This document shows, in pieces, positions 63,147 to 64,000 of a stretch of DNA of 64,000 bases. A model generated the notes under the pieces. The model ran no database searches. It saw nothing but the letters and a program-made list of their open reading frames with translations, and had not been told where the DNA came from. This DNA comes from Terriglobia bacterium (GTDB lineage: Bacteria > Acidobacteriota > Terriglobia > 20CM-2-55-15). A program made the translations under genes and the position numbers. The stretch is taken from positions 2,780-66,779 of the forward strand of contig CBDCFM010000004.1 of the NCBI GenBank assembly GCA_965216035.1, read 5' to 3'. Numbering within the stretch: position 1 is the first letter of the stretch; each line of letters opens with the position of its first letter.

Positions 63147-64000
63147 CTAGCTCCAGCGCGGCTCGATGTTTCGGCTTAGGAGGTACTCAGCCTGTTTCTG
63201 GTCGCGTCCACCGCTGGCGAAAGCGTCCAGATAGGCCTGAACATCTGAGACGACCGGGACACCAGAGATCAATTGGGCATACATGAAGACTCCCATGTCG
63301 TACGGGTAAATAACTCTCAGGTCTGGACCGAGCGAATCTCCACTCTGGAATTGTCGAAGTCCCTGCGGCAAAGTGTCCTCAGAAGTAAACAGGTCAATGA
63401 CATCCAAGTCGACGAAGGGAGCAGTCAGGCTCGCGGCGGCCGACCCACTGAATGCAAACGGAGCCTTGGCGGCCAACTTTCTAAGCCCCTTGGTGACGGC
63501 TGCCAAGTCGGAGCCAAACGGATTGGAACACGTGAAAGCCCGTCTCAGATACCAGCGGTATCTATTCTTGTACACCTCCGCCCATTTCATCAGGAGCCGC
63601 TTGGGTTCAGGCACTTTCACGGCGGAGTTTGCACGACGGATCAGGAGTTGTTCCTCCAAACCACTGACGGCCTTCGAAACTGTAGCGATCGAAACCCGGA
63701 AATCTTCGACCCCAAGTTGGTTACGGAGGTTTTGATCCACGACTCCGGCAGCGAGTTCCGATATTGTCCATTGCTTCGTCGGGGCCTCCAGCAGCACCCT
63801 GACTACCCGCGAGCTGCGACCCGAGAATGGGTTTGGAAAAGGTCGCCTCTGCCTGGTCCGGTTCTTGAGCCCAGTCCGCTGAATCAGAAGTCTACCGGCG
63901 ACATTCATGTAGATGTTTCCGGAAAGATCTACAAAGTCTACGTTGTTGTCGATGCATATCGACTGAGACTCCGGTGAAAGATACGGGCAGATGAGCGCGA
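63147..64000 (-). CDS. AbiEi-like type IV TA antitoxin (starts beyond the window end)
   Basis: PYLSP...DFVDLSGN, PFSGRSSRVVRVLL, VSDVQAYLD...GGRD..QAEYL; frame open to the window end. Confidence 0.75.
   Translation of the reverse strand, partial: ALICPYLSPESQSICIDNNVDFVDLSGNIYMNVAGRLLIQRTGLKNRTRQRRPFPNPFSGRSSRVVRVLLEAPTKQWTISELAAGVVDQNLRNQLGVEDFRVSIATVSKAVSGLEEQLLIRRANSAVKVPEPKRLLMKWAEVYKNRYRWYLRRAFTCSNPFGSDLAAVTKGLRKLAAKAPFAFSGSAAASLTAPFVDLDVIDLFTSEDTLPQGLRQFQSGDSLGPDLRVIYPYDMGVFMYAQLISGVPVVSDVQAYLDAFASGGRDQKQAEYLLSRNIEPRWS

Overview
This is a GC-rich bacterial window, most likely Acidobacteriota (inferred from the TonB-ExbB-ExbD-ExbD-TPR operon, the PadR/orphan-permease pair and a 'GTRLGPYE' kinase start). 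About 1-37 kb is core genome: cobQ, O-antigen ligase, amidase, acyl-CoA carboxylase, PPIase, rpmB, BamA/TamA-TamB, ridA, relA/spoT, TonB system, secDF-yajC-tgt, peptide ABC ATPases and methylmalonyl-CoA mutase. It is interrupted by a group II intron that sits inside a palindromic repeat and itself carries an IS630. It ends in an ECF sigma / zinc anti-sigma / TPR-CHAT caspase-like protease locus, the best candidate for an under-described signalling system. From about 37.3 kb onward is a decaying accessory island. It holds many IS elements (IS4-like, IS3, IS630, IS1595, IS1380, IS21, ISL3-like), MITEs (some nested), at least one attC-like site, many toxin-antitoxin remnants, and a glycan-modification block around a Ser/Pro-repeat HExxH protein split by a single TAG. 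No tRNA, rRNA or CRISPR array was seen. All family calls come from motif recognition by eye, not database searches.
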